A stretch of DNA of 16,955 nt from Bongovirus bongo (IMGVR_UViG_2595698371_000001); one strand, 5' to 3'. Positions 4,718 to 14,138 are shown, counted from the first letter of the stretch. Made by a program: numbers and translations. The notes: generated by a model not told the origin, from the letters alone.

Positions 4718-6262
4718 TTGCAGGTCGCAATCGGTGATTCGTCGTGCACTGTCTCTGAAGACGGTGTGTGGTTCGACGCCAATGGAACTCGGATCGGGAA
4801 TCAGATCCCGCCGAACTACTGGTGCCCGCCATACGCTCGTACGCGCGGCGATAAGGCCATCGCATTCCTGGATGCCATTGGATACCACCTGGATCCGTGG
4901 CAGAAGCTGATCCTACGCGACCTCGTTGGTGAGCGTGAGGATCGCAAGTGGGCTGCGCTGGAAGCGGTGCTGCTGATTCCCCGGCAGAACGGCAAGACGG
5001 CGATCACAGAGGCTCTGGAGATCGTCCACCTGTTCCTCTTTGGAACACGCCTGATCATTCACACGGCGCACCTGTTCGACACTGCGTATGAGTCCTACCT
5101 CCGCATGGTCGACATCATCGAGAACTGCCCAGCTCTCGACAAGTACGTTGCTTCCAAGCCCAAGGGCAATGGCAGCGTTGGTATCCACCTGAAGAACGGT
5201 TCCCGCCTTCTGTACAAGGCGCGTGGGACCGGCCAGGGCCGTGGATTCTCTGGCGATCTGGTCATCCTGGACGAGGCGTACGACCTCGATCCGGACATGG
5301 TCGCCGCTCTCATCCCTGCGCTGTCGGCGCGGAAGAACCCCCAGGTTATCTACACCTCTTCGACTGGTGACGAGGATTCGACTGTTCTGATTCGGGCCCG
5401 TGACCGTGGCCTGGCTCATGAGCCGCGTATTGCGCTGTTCGAGTGGTGTGGTGACCAGGCTTGTGATCTGGACTCGATTGAGCAGTGGTACAAGGCCAAT
5501 CCGGCGTTGGGCATTCGTCTCGATGAGGAGTACATCGCCAACGTTGAGCGTGGCTCGATGGAGGACGCGAAGTTCGCCCGCGAGCGCCTGGGACTGTGGC
5601 ATGACAACTCGGTCAAGACGCCTATCGATGTGAACGCGTGGCGTGAGCTGGCTCAGCCGGATTCGAAGATCACGAGCCGCATCGTCCTGGCTGTGGATGC
5701 CGCACCGGATCGGTCGATGTCCACCATTGCGTTGGCGGGCTATACCGCTGACGGCAAGAAGCAGGTTGAGGTCGAGTCGTCCGGTAAGGGCGTGTCCTGG
5801 TGCGTGGAGGCGATTGACCAGATCTACAAGGGTCTGGCGAAGTCTGGCCAGGAGCCGCTGGCGGTGTGTGTCCAGTCTGGTGCTCGTGCAGGCGCTTTGA
5901 TCCCTGAGCTGGAGGCCCTCGACATTGAGGTGATCCCGTTCGGGTCGAAGGAAATCATGGCCTCGACGGGCTTCCTCTACGACTCGGTTGAAGACAAATC
6001 CCTTGTGCACCTGGGTGATTCAACGATTGAAGATGGACTGTCCGGTGCCCGTAAGTACAACATCGGCGGCAAGGTTTCGAACAACAAGAACGGCGACGAC
6101 GAATACAACGGCTGGGGCTGGACCCGCGTCGACACAACCGTTGACATCACTGGCGTTTGCGCCATCACTTACGCCCTCTGGGGCCTGAACATGAAGCGAG
6201 CTGAGGCCTTCGTGGAGAAGAAGCCGTACGAAGGAAAGCCTCGCGGAGGACGTATCTGGTGA
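4718..6262 (+). CDS. terL: Terminase large subunit
   Basis: Walker A LLIPRQNGKT, Walker B LVILDEA, coupling motif YTSS, and C-terminal nuclease LAVDAAP. The TTG start is uncertain. Confidence 0.96.
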   Translation: MQVAIGDSSCTVSEDGVWFDANGTRIGNQIPPNYWCPPYARTRGDKAIAFLDAIGYHLDPWQKLILRDLVGEREDRKWAALEAVLLIPRQNGKTAITEALEIVHLFLFGTRLIIHTAHLFDTAYESYLRMVDIIENCPALDKYVASKPKGNGSVGIHLKNGSRLLYKARGTGQGRGFSGDLVILDEAYDLDPDMVAALIPALSARKNPQVIYTSSTGDEDSTVLIRARDRGLAHEPRIALFEWCGDQACDLDSIEQWYKANPALGIRLDEEYIANVERGSMEDAKFARERLGLWHDNSVKTPIDVNAWRELAQPDSKITSRIVLAVDAAPDRSMSTIALAGYTADGKKQVEVESSGKGVSWCVEAIDQIYKGLAKSGQEPLAVCVQSGARAGALIPELEALDIEVIPFGSKEIMASTGFLYDSVEDKSLVHLGDSTIEDGLSGARKYNIGGKVSNNKNGDDEYNGWGWTRVDTTVDITGVCAITYALWGLNMKRAEAFVEKKPYEGKPRGGRIW

Positions 6263-7881
6263 GCATCTTTTACATGTCCGACGTATACGCGCCGGATGAG
6301 CCAAACACCACTCTCGAGTTCCCTGCGGCGAACCTGTCGACCAAGGGCCTGAGCGAGTACATCACCAAGAAGCTGTACCCGGTGTTCCAGCAGGAGCGCA
6401 TGCGCCTTGAGCGCCTTGAGCTTTGGGGGACCGGCCGTCAGCCTGAGGTGCGTCCGCTGAAGCGCAACACGGAGCGTGCGGTGCTGCAGCGCATGGCGCG
6501 TACCGCGTGGCTGCCGTTGGCGATCTCGACGTTCGCCCAGCAGATGGTCGTGGACGGCTACCGCAAGGAAGGCGACGCCGAGAACTACAAGGCTGCGTGG
6601 GAGTCGTGGCTGCGCAACAAGATGAGCATGCAGCAGCTGGCCATCAACCGCGCCACGATGATTTTCGGCTACTCGTTTGTCCGCGTCACTGACGGTGCGG
6701 TCGAGGAGGGTGGCGAGCAGGGCCCTCAGAAGAAGTCGATGGCCGTGATGCGTGCGGTCAGCCCGATGGACTTCTTCGCCCTGTACGAGGATGCCTACCT
6801 GGACGAGTACCCGAAGTACGGGTTCGAGCGTCTTCCAAACGGCAACTATCGGTTCTGGCTGCCGAAGGGTGACTACTACAAGGTTACCTACAAGGACGGC
6901 AAGTTCACTGTCGGCGACCTGGTGACCACTCCGTACGGTGTGCCGCCGTTCGTGCGCTACGTCAACCAGATCGATCTCCGTGGTCGCTGCTGGGGCGATG
7001 TGGAGCCGGTCATCGACCTGGCTGCCCGTATCGACAAGACGGCGTTCGACCGCCTGATGGTGCAGCACTTCAACAGCTTCAAGGTCCGCTGGGCCACTGG
7101 CCTGGAGCAGGCCGACACCCCTGAGGGTGTGCAGGAAGACAAGATCCGAATTGGTAACGAGGACATCCTCATTGCGTCGGATGTGCAGGCCAAGTTTGGC
7201 ACGCTCGATGAGACCCAGATGGGTGGCTTCATCGAGGCGTACAAGGCTGACCTGGAGACGTTTGCGGCCGTGATGCAGCTGCCGCCGAACCTGTTCGGCC
7301 AGGTGGTCAATGTGACTGGCGACGCCCTGGACGGCGCACGTCGCCAGACCTACCAGCGCCTGTTCGAGAAGCAGACTGTGATGTCTGAGTCGCACGGTCA
7401 GGTGATGCGTCTGGCTGCCCTGATCGAGGGCCGCGAGGATGACGCTGACGACTTCATGGCCCGCATCACTTGGCAGGACGTTGAGGTCCGTTCGCTGGCC
7501 CAGTTCGCGGATGCCTGGGGCAAGATCGTCACCCAGCTCGGTGTGCCGAAGTGGGCTGCCTGGAGCAAGATCCCCGGCGTCGAGCAGTCCGAGGTCGACG
7601 GTTGGCGTGAGCACGCTCTGGACGACGATCCGCTGTCGAACTACCTGCGCGAGGTGGTTGGCAAGACGACCACTGATCTGGCCATGGATCGCAAGACCGG
7701 TGACCCGAAGGCCCCTCCGGTGAACATGGAGGCGCTGGAGATGCAGGCCAAGGTGAAGGCCCAGCAGCCTGGCGGCGGCAATCCCGGCAACCGTAATGCC
7801 AAGGGTGGGTCGAACAGCACCCAGAACCAGCGTCCGGTGAATCCGAAGACGGGCGCTGATCGCGGAACGGCGACGAAGTAA
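6259..7881 (+). CDS. Portal protein (SPP1 gp6-like)
   Basis: 540 aa directly after TerL with a GTGA overlap. Motifs GDVEPVIDLAARID and ITWQDVEVRSLAQFADAWGK. Low-complexity G/N/Q-rich C-terminal tail. Confidence 0.93.
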   Translation: MSIFYMSDVYAPDEPNTTLEFPAANLSTKGLSEYITKKLYPVFQQERMRLERLELWGTGRQPEVRPLKRNTERAVLQRMARTAWLPLAISTFAQQMVVDGYRKEGDAENYKAAWESWLRNKMSMQQLAINRATMIFGYSFVRVTDGAVEEGGEQGPQKKSMAVMRAVSPMDFFALYEDAYLDEYPKYGFERLPNGNYRFWLPKGDYYKVTYKDGKFTVGDLVTTPYGVPPFVRYVNQIDLRGRCWGDVEPVIDLAARIDKTAFDRLMVQHFNSFKVRWATGLEQADTPEGVQEDKIRIGNEDILIASDVQAKFGTLDETQMGGFIEAYKADLETFAAVMQLPPNLFGQVVNVTGDALDGARRQTYQRLFEKQTVMSESHGQVMRLAALIEGREDDADDFMARITWQDVEVRSLAQFADAWGKIVTQLGVPKWAAWSKIPGVEQSEVDGWREHALDDDPLSNYLREVVGKTTTDLAMDRKTGDPKAPPVNMEALEMQAKVKAQQPGGGNPGNRNAKGGSNSTQNQRPVNPKTGADRGTATK

Positions 7882-9041
7882 TGACCGCGCCCCAGGAGCA
7901 GAAGGGGCTCGGCGCACTTGAGGCCTACATCGCTTGGCGCTCCATCAAACATTCGGAAGATCAGGATGCGATTGCCGCATGGCTCGCTTTGAAGCTGTAC
8001 CCCCTGTGGGCGATTCAGTCGTTCACGGAACTGGATCAGACGACTCCGCTGTGGGTGGAAGCTGTTCTGCCCCATGTGGAAACTGCGTATCTGCAGTCCC
8101 AGCGCGTTGCCGCTGTATTCGCGGAGGATGTGCGGTACGCCAGCCTTGCGCTGGAGGATCCGCTGCCAATGGAGCTGCCGGATGTGCAGCAGCCCGAAGA
8201 TGTCCCTGCTGCCCGGTTCGATGCTGTGCATGTCCCGCGTCGGCGTGTGCGCCGCGACCGCAATCGTGCCGTTGTCCCGGTTTTGGACGATGTGGATGCC
8301 GAGGATCTGGAGCCCGTCACATTTGATCCGTTCCCTCGCGATGACGCCGCCCTGTCGCTAGTCATCAGCGGGAACTCGAAGGTGAAGGCGTTGATGCCTG
8401 CACCTGAGGACGAGGCGATGTACAGCGGGCTGTCGAACAGCTCGGGTGCAGCGATCCGCCAGGCGATGAACGGTGGCCGCAATGCGACCGGCCGTGTCGT
8501 CAAGTTTGACCGCAAGATCGTGGGCTATGCCCGCGTGACTGACGGAAACCCTTGCTGGTACTGCGCTCTGCTCGCTAGCCGTGGCGCAGTGTTCGCGAAG
8601 GACTCGTTCACTAAGGGTGGCCGCACTCGGTTTGACGGCACTCTGACGAAGGCTGATCACGAGTTCGAGGCCCCGAAGGATGGCCCCGAGTTGCCTGAGG
8701 GGTACTCGAATGCGGCGAAGGTTCACAACCATTGCCGCTGCCAGCTCCGTCCGGTGTACGCGAACGAAACCAGCTATGCCCGAACACGTTTCGAGGCGAA
8801 GCGCGACGAAGAGGCGCAGTTCTACTTCGACCAGTGGGAGGCCGTCTCCCGCGAATGGTACTGGCTGTCCAACCGCGAGAAGCTCCGCAAGTTCCGCGAC
8901 CAGTACCGCCCCTTCCAGCGTAAGCCCGCCGATCTCACCGACATTCGACGGGAACTGGAAGACCGGATCGAGGCCCTGCCCGATCCTCTCTCGCCTCAGC
9001 GCGAGTGGGCGAATGCCCAACTGTCACAACTGGCGTCCTAA
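7881..9041 (+). CDS. MuF-like minor head protein (usually annotated capsid maturation protease in actinophages)
   Basis: Located between portal and scaffold. GYARVTDGNPCWYCALLASRG and HNHCRCQLRPV carry the MuF-type Cys/His motifs. Confidence 0.82.
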   Translation: MTAPQEQKGLGALEAYIAWRSIKHSEDQDAIAAWLALKLYPLWAIQSFTELDQTTPLWVEAVLPHVETAYLQSQRVAAVFAEDVRYASLALEDPLPMELPDVQQPEDVPAARFDAVHVPRRRVRRDRNRAVVPVLDDVDAEDLEPVTFDPFPRDDAALSLVISGNSKVKALMPAPEDEAMYSGLSNSSGAAIRQAMNGGRNATGRVVKFDRKIVGYARVTDGNPCWYCALLASRGAVFAKDSFTKGGRTRFDGTLTKADHEFEAPKDGPELPEGYSNAAKVHNHCRCQLRPVYANETSYARTRFEAKRDEEAQFYFDQWEAVSREWYWLSNREKLRKFRDQYRPFQRKPADLTDIRRELEDRIEALPDPLSPQREWANAQLSQLAS

Positions 9042-9091
9042 GCCAGGCGGCGTCACAAGCGGCCGATAACTGCTTGGAGAGAAGAGAAATC

Positions 9092-9808
9092 ATGCCCAAC
9101 TCGACTACCACCAATGGCGACACCCCGGCAGCTGGCGCTCCCGCTGGAGACCCTGCCGACCTCACTGCGGGTGACCCGAGCGGCGGCGAGGACAGCCTCG
9201 ACGCAGGTGACATCACCCCTCCTTCAGCAAACGCTTGGTGGAAGTTTGAGACCCAGGAAGAGGCCGAGACGTGGGCCAATAACCTGGTGACAAAGCGTCT
9301 TTCGCGGGTCAAGAAGACCCAGATCGACCCCCTCGAGCAAATGCGTGCTACACTTGAGGCAGAAGTTGCTCGGCTGAAGCCTTTCGAAGAGGCTGCGATG
9401 ACCGAGGACGAGAAGCGCCAGGCCCGCGAGGCTGAGAAGGATCAGCAGATCGCCGAACTCCTGGAGTACAAGCAGACCGTCGAGCGCCAGCAGCTTGTGA
9501 ACGAAGTCTTGGCTGAGGTGGGTGTAGATCCCAAGTTCGCCAAGTTCGTCAATACCGACGGCGACGCGGATTCGATCCGTGCGAGCGCCGAGGAACTACT
9601 CAACGCCCTGAGTGAGGGCGGTTTGAACGCCGGAAAGCGTACCCCAAAGACCAAGGTTCCCAAGGCAGATGATGCCGATGAGGACGGAGGCACTGGGCGT
9701 GGCAACGGTGGTGGCGGAAACGGGGATGAGTCGGACGAGGCTCTGATCGCCGCGATCCTCGAAGAGACCGCAAAGACCCGTGCAAACGGCGGAATCCGTT
9801 TCGCCTGA
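9092..9808 (+). CDS. Capsid scaffolding protein (about 238 aa)
   Basis: ATG at 9092 after SD GGAGAGAAGAG. Acidic flexible N-terminus, coiled-coil core (KRLSR...EAEVARLK), located just before the major capsid gene. Confidence 0.88.
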   Translation: MPNSTTTNGDTPAAGAPAGDPADLTAGDPSGGEDSLDAGDITPPSANAWWKFETQEEAETWANNLVTKRLSRVKKTQIDPLEQMRATLEAEVARLKPFEEAAMTEDEKRQAREAEKDQQIAELLEYKQTVERQQLVNEVLAEVGVDPKFAKFVNTDGDADSIRASAEELLNALSEGGLNAGKRTPKTKVPKADDADEDGGTGRGNGGGGNGDESDEALIAAILEETAKTRANGGIRFA

Positions 9809-9852
9809 GCGGGTCTCGCAACCGAAACTAACCCAAAGGATTGATCTAACCG

Positions 9853-11016
9853 ATGGCCAACGCCTTTATCAAGCCTCCGGTAATCATCGCCAGCATTCTC
9901 GGACAGCTGCAGCATGAGCTGGTCCTGCCGAACTTCGTGTTCAAGAACGGCTACGGCGATGTTGCCCACAAGTTCAACGACACCATCACGATCCGCATCC
10001 CGGTTCCGACCATCGCCCACACGCGTGGTCTCCGCGCGACCGGCGCTGACCGAAACATGGTGGCGAGTGACCTGACTGAGGTCACTGTCGACATCAAGCT
10101 GACGGATGTCATCTACAACCGCATCGACCTCACGGACGAGGAGCGGGAGCTGGATGTGCGTTCGTTCGCCGTCGACGTGCTGCCTCGCCAGGTCCGCGCC
10201 GTTGCGGAGCAGATCGAGGACGCGGTGTCGTACCTCATCACCAAGGCTCCGTACGAGAAGGTCTCGCTCGTGGACGAGGACGAGATCTGGAACGGCGTCG
10301 TGTCGAACCGCCGCTGGCTCAACGAGCAGAAGGTGCCGAAGGACGGCCGCGTTCTGCTGGTCGGCTCGGCCGTGGAAGAGGCGCTCCTCCTGGACGACCG
10401 CTTCATCCGCTACGACTCGGCCGGTGAGGCTGGCGCAAGCCGCCTGCAGACCGCCCGTATCGGCCGTCTGGCCCAGTACGACGTGGTGACTGTGGACACG
10501 CTGCCTCACGGCGATGCGTACCTGTCGCACCCGACCGCCTACGCGATGCTGACCCGTTCGCCAGGTCGTCCGATGACCAACACCGTCGCCACTTCGACTG
10601 TGGCCACCGAGAACGGTGTGCAGCTCCGCTGGCTGGGTGACTACGACGCCACCTCGACCACTGAGCGTTCCATCGTGGACACCTGGATCGGCGTGAAGGC
10701 CGTTCTGGATCCGGTGACCGCCAACCTGGATGACGAGCCTCGCTTCGTGCGCGGTACCCGCATCCACCTGAAGGCGACCGACGCCGAGATCGAGGGCGAG
10801 ACCGTCAAGGCGGGCGAGAAGCTGGCCCTGGCCCTGGAGGACTCGAACGGTGACAACCGTGCCGGGGATCCTCTGGTGACTTGGACTTCGGGCACCACTG
10901 CCAAGGCCACCATCGACGCCAACGGTGTCGTGACTGGTGTCGCGGCGGGTACGTCGGAGATCACTGCGGTGGTCGACGGCCTGACTGTCAAGAAGACCAT
11001 CACCGTTACTGCTTGA
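9853..11016 (+). CDS. Major capsid protein (P22 coat/HK97-fold type) with C-terminal Ig-like (Big_2-type) domain
   Basis: N-terminal MANAFIKP, FNDTITIRIP. C-terminal VTWTS..TAKATIDANGVVTGVAAGTSEITA is a typical Ig-like signature. Strongly biased codons. Confidence 0.93.
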   Translation: MANAFIKPPVIIASILGQLQHELVLPNFVFKNGYGDVAHKFNDTITIRIPVPTIAHTRGLRATGADRNMVASDLTEVTVDIKLTDVIYNRIDLTDEERELDVRSFAVDVLPRQVRAVAEQIEDAVSYLITKAPYEKVSLVDEDEIWNGVVSNRRWLNEQKVPKDGRVLLVGSAVEEALLLDDRFIRYDSAGEAGASRLQTARIGRLAQYDVVTVDTLPHGDAYLSHPTAYAMLTRSPGRPMTNTVATSTVATENGVQLRWLGDYDATSTTERSIVDTWIGVKAVLDPVTANLDDEPRFVRGTRIHLKATDAEIEGETVKAGEKLALALEDSNGDNRAGDPLVTWTSGTTAKATIDANGVVTGVAAGTSEITAVVDGLTVKKTITVTA

Positions 11017-11029
11017 TCGGAGTAGCTCA

Positions 11030-11512
11030 GTGGCAGATCATGCCGACCAGCTCGCCACTGTCGCTGAGCTTTCCACCTGGATGGGCGCGTCCTTCGATGC
11101 GGAGGACGTTGCCCGTGCAGAGTTCATCCTCCGCGTAGGCAGCGGGTGGGCTCGGCAGATTGCAGGCAAGCTTTGGCCCAATCGAGACGCTCCTGATTTT
11201 CCGATCACGGTGCGCGGCATCATTCTCGGTGCCGCGCGCCGTGAGTTCGAGAATCCACGACGCGTCATCTACGAGGTCAAGGGCCCTGAGTCCTCGACCT
11301 ACCACAACCAGCAGTACGCTCCCGGCTTCTTCACGGAGGCCGAGGAGAAGGTTCTGAAGCGTTTCCGCCCTGGAGGGGGACTGTTCTCAGTCTCCACGTA
11401 TCGAGACGATCCTGTGTTCGCTCTCGGGTACATCGGCATGGGCAACGGCTCTAAGCCGCTTCCATACTTCAATCCCGGCGATCCCGGCTGGGAGGAGAGC
11501 GAGCACCTGTGA
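11030..11512 (+). CDS. Head-to-tail adaptor
   Basis: LATVAEL..W, RAEFIL...S.WAR, ARREFENP motifs. Located after the capsid gene. Confidence 0.85.
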   Translation: MADHADQLATVAELSTWMGASFDAEDVARAEFILRVGSGWARQIAGKLWPNRDAPDFPITVRGIILGAARREFENPRRVIYEVKGPESSTYHNQQYAPGFFTEAEEKVLKRFRPGGGLFSVSTYRDDPVFALGYIGMGNGSKPLPYFNPGDPGWEESEHL

Positions 11513-11877
11513 TTCGCGGTGGACGTACGGGGAAGGTTTACCGGACGCCGCAGCGCAATGCACACGGTGACGCTATTGACGCGCAGGGCAACGTCATTCG
11601 CGTTGGTGCGAATGGGACTGAGCTTGGCGAGGTCAAGGGAATCATCATGGGTGGCCTGAGTGCCAGCCCAGCTCTGGCCCGTGGCGAGTATTCGAGCACT
11701 GAGAGCCAGATCGGGATTCCAAACAAGAACGCGATCAAGGTGAAGTTCGGGGACCGGATCCTCATCGACGGCGTCCTGTACAAGGTCGTGTCGGCTCCGA
11801 TGTGGGATTACTCGAACTCCCTGTCTGGCACCAAGCCTGAGTATCACTGGGTTCGAGTCGAGGGCACTGTTGACTAA
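11509..11877 (+). CDS. Head-to-tail stopper / head closure protein
   Basis: Beta-rich, with GDRILIDGVLYKV...P.W motif. Synteny. Confidence 0.8.
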   Translation: MIRGGRTGKVYRTPQRNAHGDAIDAQGNVIRVGANGTELGEVKGIIMGGLSASPALARGEYSSTESQIGIPNKNAIKVKFGDRILIDGVLYKVVSAPMWDYSNSLSGTKPEYHWVRVEGTVD

Positions 11878-12274
11878 CCGCAGCCGCGCTGTCCTTGAGC
11901 CTAATCTGTATGGCGGGATTGCCTACTTCTACCAGGAGCCGAACCCGGCTCTGTCAGAGATTTTGCTCTCGACCGACGTTGAGATGCTGGTGGCGAGCTA
12001 CACGGAACGTGTTGCTACGAACTACATCGCACGCGTGTCGGGGCGTTCGGATCCGAGTGATCCGACCAGTCTGGCCGGTGCGGTTCGGGCGTCTGTGTTC
12101 ATCGGTGGCTACAAGAACGACCGCCACGTTGGTGAGATCACGGTCGGCGTCGAGTACGCGATGGCTGACGAGTTTGGTCGACACAGTCCCGCTGATGGCC
12201 AGAACAATTCGACTTACGAGGGCTCCGGTGATCTGCGAGCCGCTCTGTACGCGGAGCTTCCCGCGCGTATCTAA
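11870..12274 (+). CDS. Neck / tail completion protein (HK97 gp10-like)
   Basis: FIGGYKNDRHVGEITVGVEYAMADEFG motif. Located between stopper and terminator. Confidence 0.65.
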   Translation: MTNRSRAVLEPNLYGGIAYFYQEPNPALSEILLSTDVEMLVASYTERVATNYIARVSGRSDPSDPTSLAGAVRASVFIGGYKNDRHVGEITVGVEYAMADEFGRHSPADGQNNSTYEGSGDLRAALYAELPARI

Positions 12275-12283
12275 GGACCGTCA

Positions 12284-12796
12284 TTGTCCGACATGCTTGA
12301 GCTGCCCGAGTGGTACGAGGGTGGTTTCGTAGATGCGGAAGAGCTTGTTATGAGCTACTTCCGGCGACTTCTCGGTGACAGGGTGTTCCTCTGTACGTGG
12401 TTGCCCCAGGGGCATTACGTGCTGAGTCCTGGCGAGAAGGTTGGAGGCACGCAGCCTACTCTGCGGATTTGGCGTCAGCCAGGTCGTTTCGATCCGTCTC
12501 TGCGACGGGACGAGGCTCTGGTCCAGATCGCCGCTATCACACCGACTCGTTATGAGTCTTGGAAGCTGATCGACTTCGTGCGCCGCATGTTGGATCACGA
12601 TGTCTGCGTTGGTTTTCCGGTCGAATTGCCTGACGGCGAGACGACTTCCATGCACAGCTCCGAAGAGTGGCAGGGTCCGCAGCTCGTTCCTGAACGGTTG
12701 GTGGACGAAAAGTTCATTCCAGTCACATTCAAGATCGGCATCCGCGAGCCGTTCGACCTACCCAACTACCGGAAGATTCTGAACGCTCTTCCGTAA
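12284..12796 (+). CDS. Tail terminator protein
   Basis: DAEELVMSY, DEALVQIAAITPTRYESWKL motifs. Immediately precedes the major tail protein. Confidence 0.8.
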   Translation: MSDMLELPEWYEGGFVDAEELVMSYFRRLLGDRVFLCTWLPQGHYVLSPGEKVGGTQPTLRIWRQPGRFDPSLRRDEALVQIAAITPTRYESWKLIDFVRRMLDHDVCVGFPVELPDGETTSMHSSEEWQGPQLVPERLVDEKFIPVTFKIGIREPFDLPNYRKILNALP

Positions 12797-12814
12797 CAAG
12801 AGGATTCATTACCA

Positions 12815-13714
12815 ATGGCTGATTTTGAGACCATTCGCGACGCTCACAACGAGCTGGTACGCGCCCACCTCCACTTCGCGATCCTGTTCGACAGCATGGA
12901 CAACGAAGCTGTCGAGACTCTCGAGGACACCGTAACCGGCGAGCTGGTCGTGCCGGTGACTGCCGAGTCGGCGGGCGTCATCGAGAAGCAGGCTGGCGTC
13001 TCGCTGACCCACGAGATCGACTCGACGGACATCGACGGCTACGGCGACGCCGAGCCGGTTCGTACCATCATCTCGCGCCGCGTCGTGCAGTTCCAGGCGA
13101 ACTTCCTGGAGACCAACAAGGTTGTGCTGGAGAAGTTCTGGGGAACCGTCTTCGATGACAGCAACCTGGAGGTCTCGGCTCACGGTGGCGTGACGCTGAA
13201 GGCTCCGTCGCTGCCGAAGAACGTCTTCTACCGCGCCTACCTGGTGACCGAGGATGACGTGAACGGCGAGGTTCTGAACGCCTACTACATCATGCCTCGC
13301 GTCAAGCTGGTCAACGTCGACACGCAGACCTCGCAGGACGACGGCTCTGTGTCGTACAACATGACCTTCCAGGCCTTCAAGGACTCGGATCTCGGGTTCG
13401 CGGTCCTGCAGGGTTGGTGCGGCCCAGGCTGGCTGCGTCTGGTCGACAAGACCGGCTTCGTTGCCCCGGTGACCTCCATCGAGGCTGAGGCTGCGGACGC
13501 CTCCATCGAGGTGGGCGAGGACACGCAGATCACCGTGACCGGCTCGAACGGCATCAACTACACGCCCATCGCCAAGTACGCGGTGACCACCGGGCCTGAC
13601 AAGGTCTCGGTCTCGAAGACCGGCGAGGTCACTGGCCTGGCGACTGGTAGCGCGACCGTGACCGTCACCTACGGCGGCAAGACCCAGACTGTGAGCATCA
13701 CCGTTTCCGTCTGA
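12815..13714 (+). CDS. Major tail (tube) protein with C-terminal Ig-like domain
   Basis: Siphoviral tube pattern (GVIEKQAGVSLT, FQANFLETNK, YNMTFQAFKD). C-terminal KVSVSKTGEVTGLATGSATVTVTYGG is Ig-like. Confidence 0.92.
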   Translation: MADFETIRDAHNELVRAHLHFAILFDSMDNEAVETLEDTVTGELVVPVTAESAGVIEKQAGVSLTHEIDSTDIDGYGDAEPVRTIISRRVVQFQANFLETNKVVLEKFWGTVFDDSNLEVSAHGGVTLKAPSLPKNVFYRAYLVTEDDVNGEVLNAYYIMPRVKLVNVDTQTSQDDGSVSYNMTFQAFKDSDLGFAVLQGWCGPGWLRLVDKTGFVAPVTSIEAEAADASIEVGEDTQITVTGSNGINYTPIAKYAVTTGPDKVSVSKTGEVTGLATGSATVTVTYGGKTQTVSITVSV

Positions 13715-13726
13715 TCCATCTCACTT

Positions 13727-13764
13727 GGCCCCGGCCCCATGACTTTGGTTGTGGGGCTGGGGTT
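13727..13764 (+). terminator. Long GC-rich hairpin after the major tail gene (weak terminator or mRNA stabiliser)
   Basis: GGCCCCGGCCCCATGAC (13727-13743) pairs with GTTGTGGGGCTGGGGTT (13748-13764): 17 bp including G-U pairs, 4-nt loop. Only a short T run follows. Confidence 0.65.
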
Positions 13765-13802
13765 TCCAGGTAACAACGCCAAACGATAAGGAGCAGAATC
13801 AC

Positions 13803-14138
13803 ATGGCGGCACGTAAGAGCACCAACGCTGACGAGAACGAGGCTGTGAACGCGGCGGTGGCCGAGGTTGACGAGGTTTGGGCGAAGCTCCAGACTGAGAA
13901 CCACATTCCGCCGCTGACGTTCAAGGGACTGACGTTCCATGAGCCAACGAAGGCCCAGATCGACGCTTGGCGCGCAGCCAAGACTGTCGAGGAGGGTGAG
14001 CGTGCCCTGTTTGGCGATCTGTATGACGCCGTACACGAACTCTTTGACCCGCTGCCCCAGCACATCTGGGAGAACTTCAACGTTCTCTACCTGAAGCACA
14101 TGTTCGGGACGGCGGGGGATGACGCCCTAAAAGGGTGA
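13803..14138 (+). CDS. Tail assembly chaperone (gpG-like, about 111 aa)
   Basis: ATG at 13803 after SD AAGGAG. Small acidic protein following the major tail gene. Confidence 0.88.
   Translation: MAARKSTNADENEAVNAAVAEVDEVWAKLQTENHIPPLTFKGLTFHEPTKAQIDAWRAAKTVEEGERALFGDLYDAVHELFDPLPQHIWENFNVLYLKHMFGTAGDDALKG

Noticed and set aside
6169-7917. 582-aa minus-strand ORF (also 4913-6010, 9442-10767, 8358-9020 and similar)
   Set aside because: Antisense shadows of highly codon-biased GC-rich genes (portal, TerL, capsid, MuF). The translations are low-information, with no motifs or SD.
9056-9076. Small hairpin CAAGCGG/CTGCTTG before the scaffold SD, and CAAG as a third promoter-motif copy
   Set aside because: The stem is marginal (7 bp with a G-U pair), and there is no AATTTGCTGG or TANNNT at the required spacing.
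14114-14122. G GGG GAT as the slippery site (resembles the GGGGGAA type)
   Set aside because: A -1 slip here reads GGG GGA TGA and stops at once, so it cannot produce the extended chaperone.
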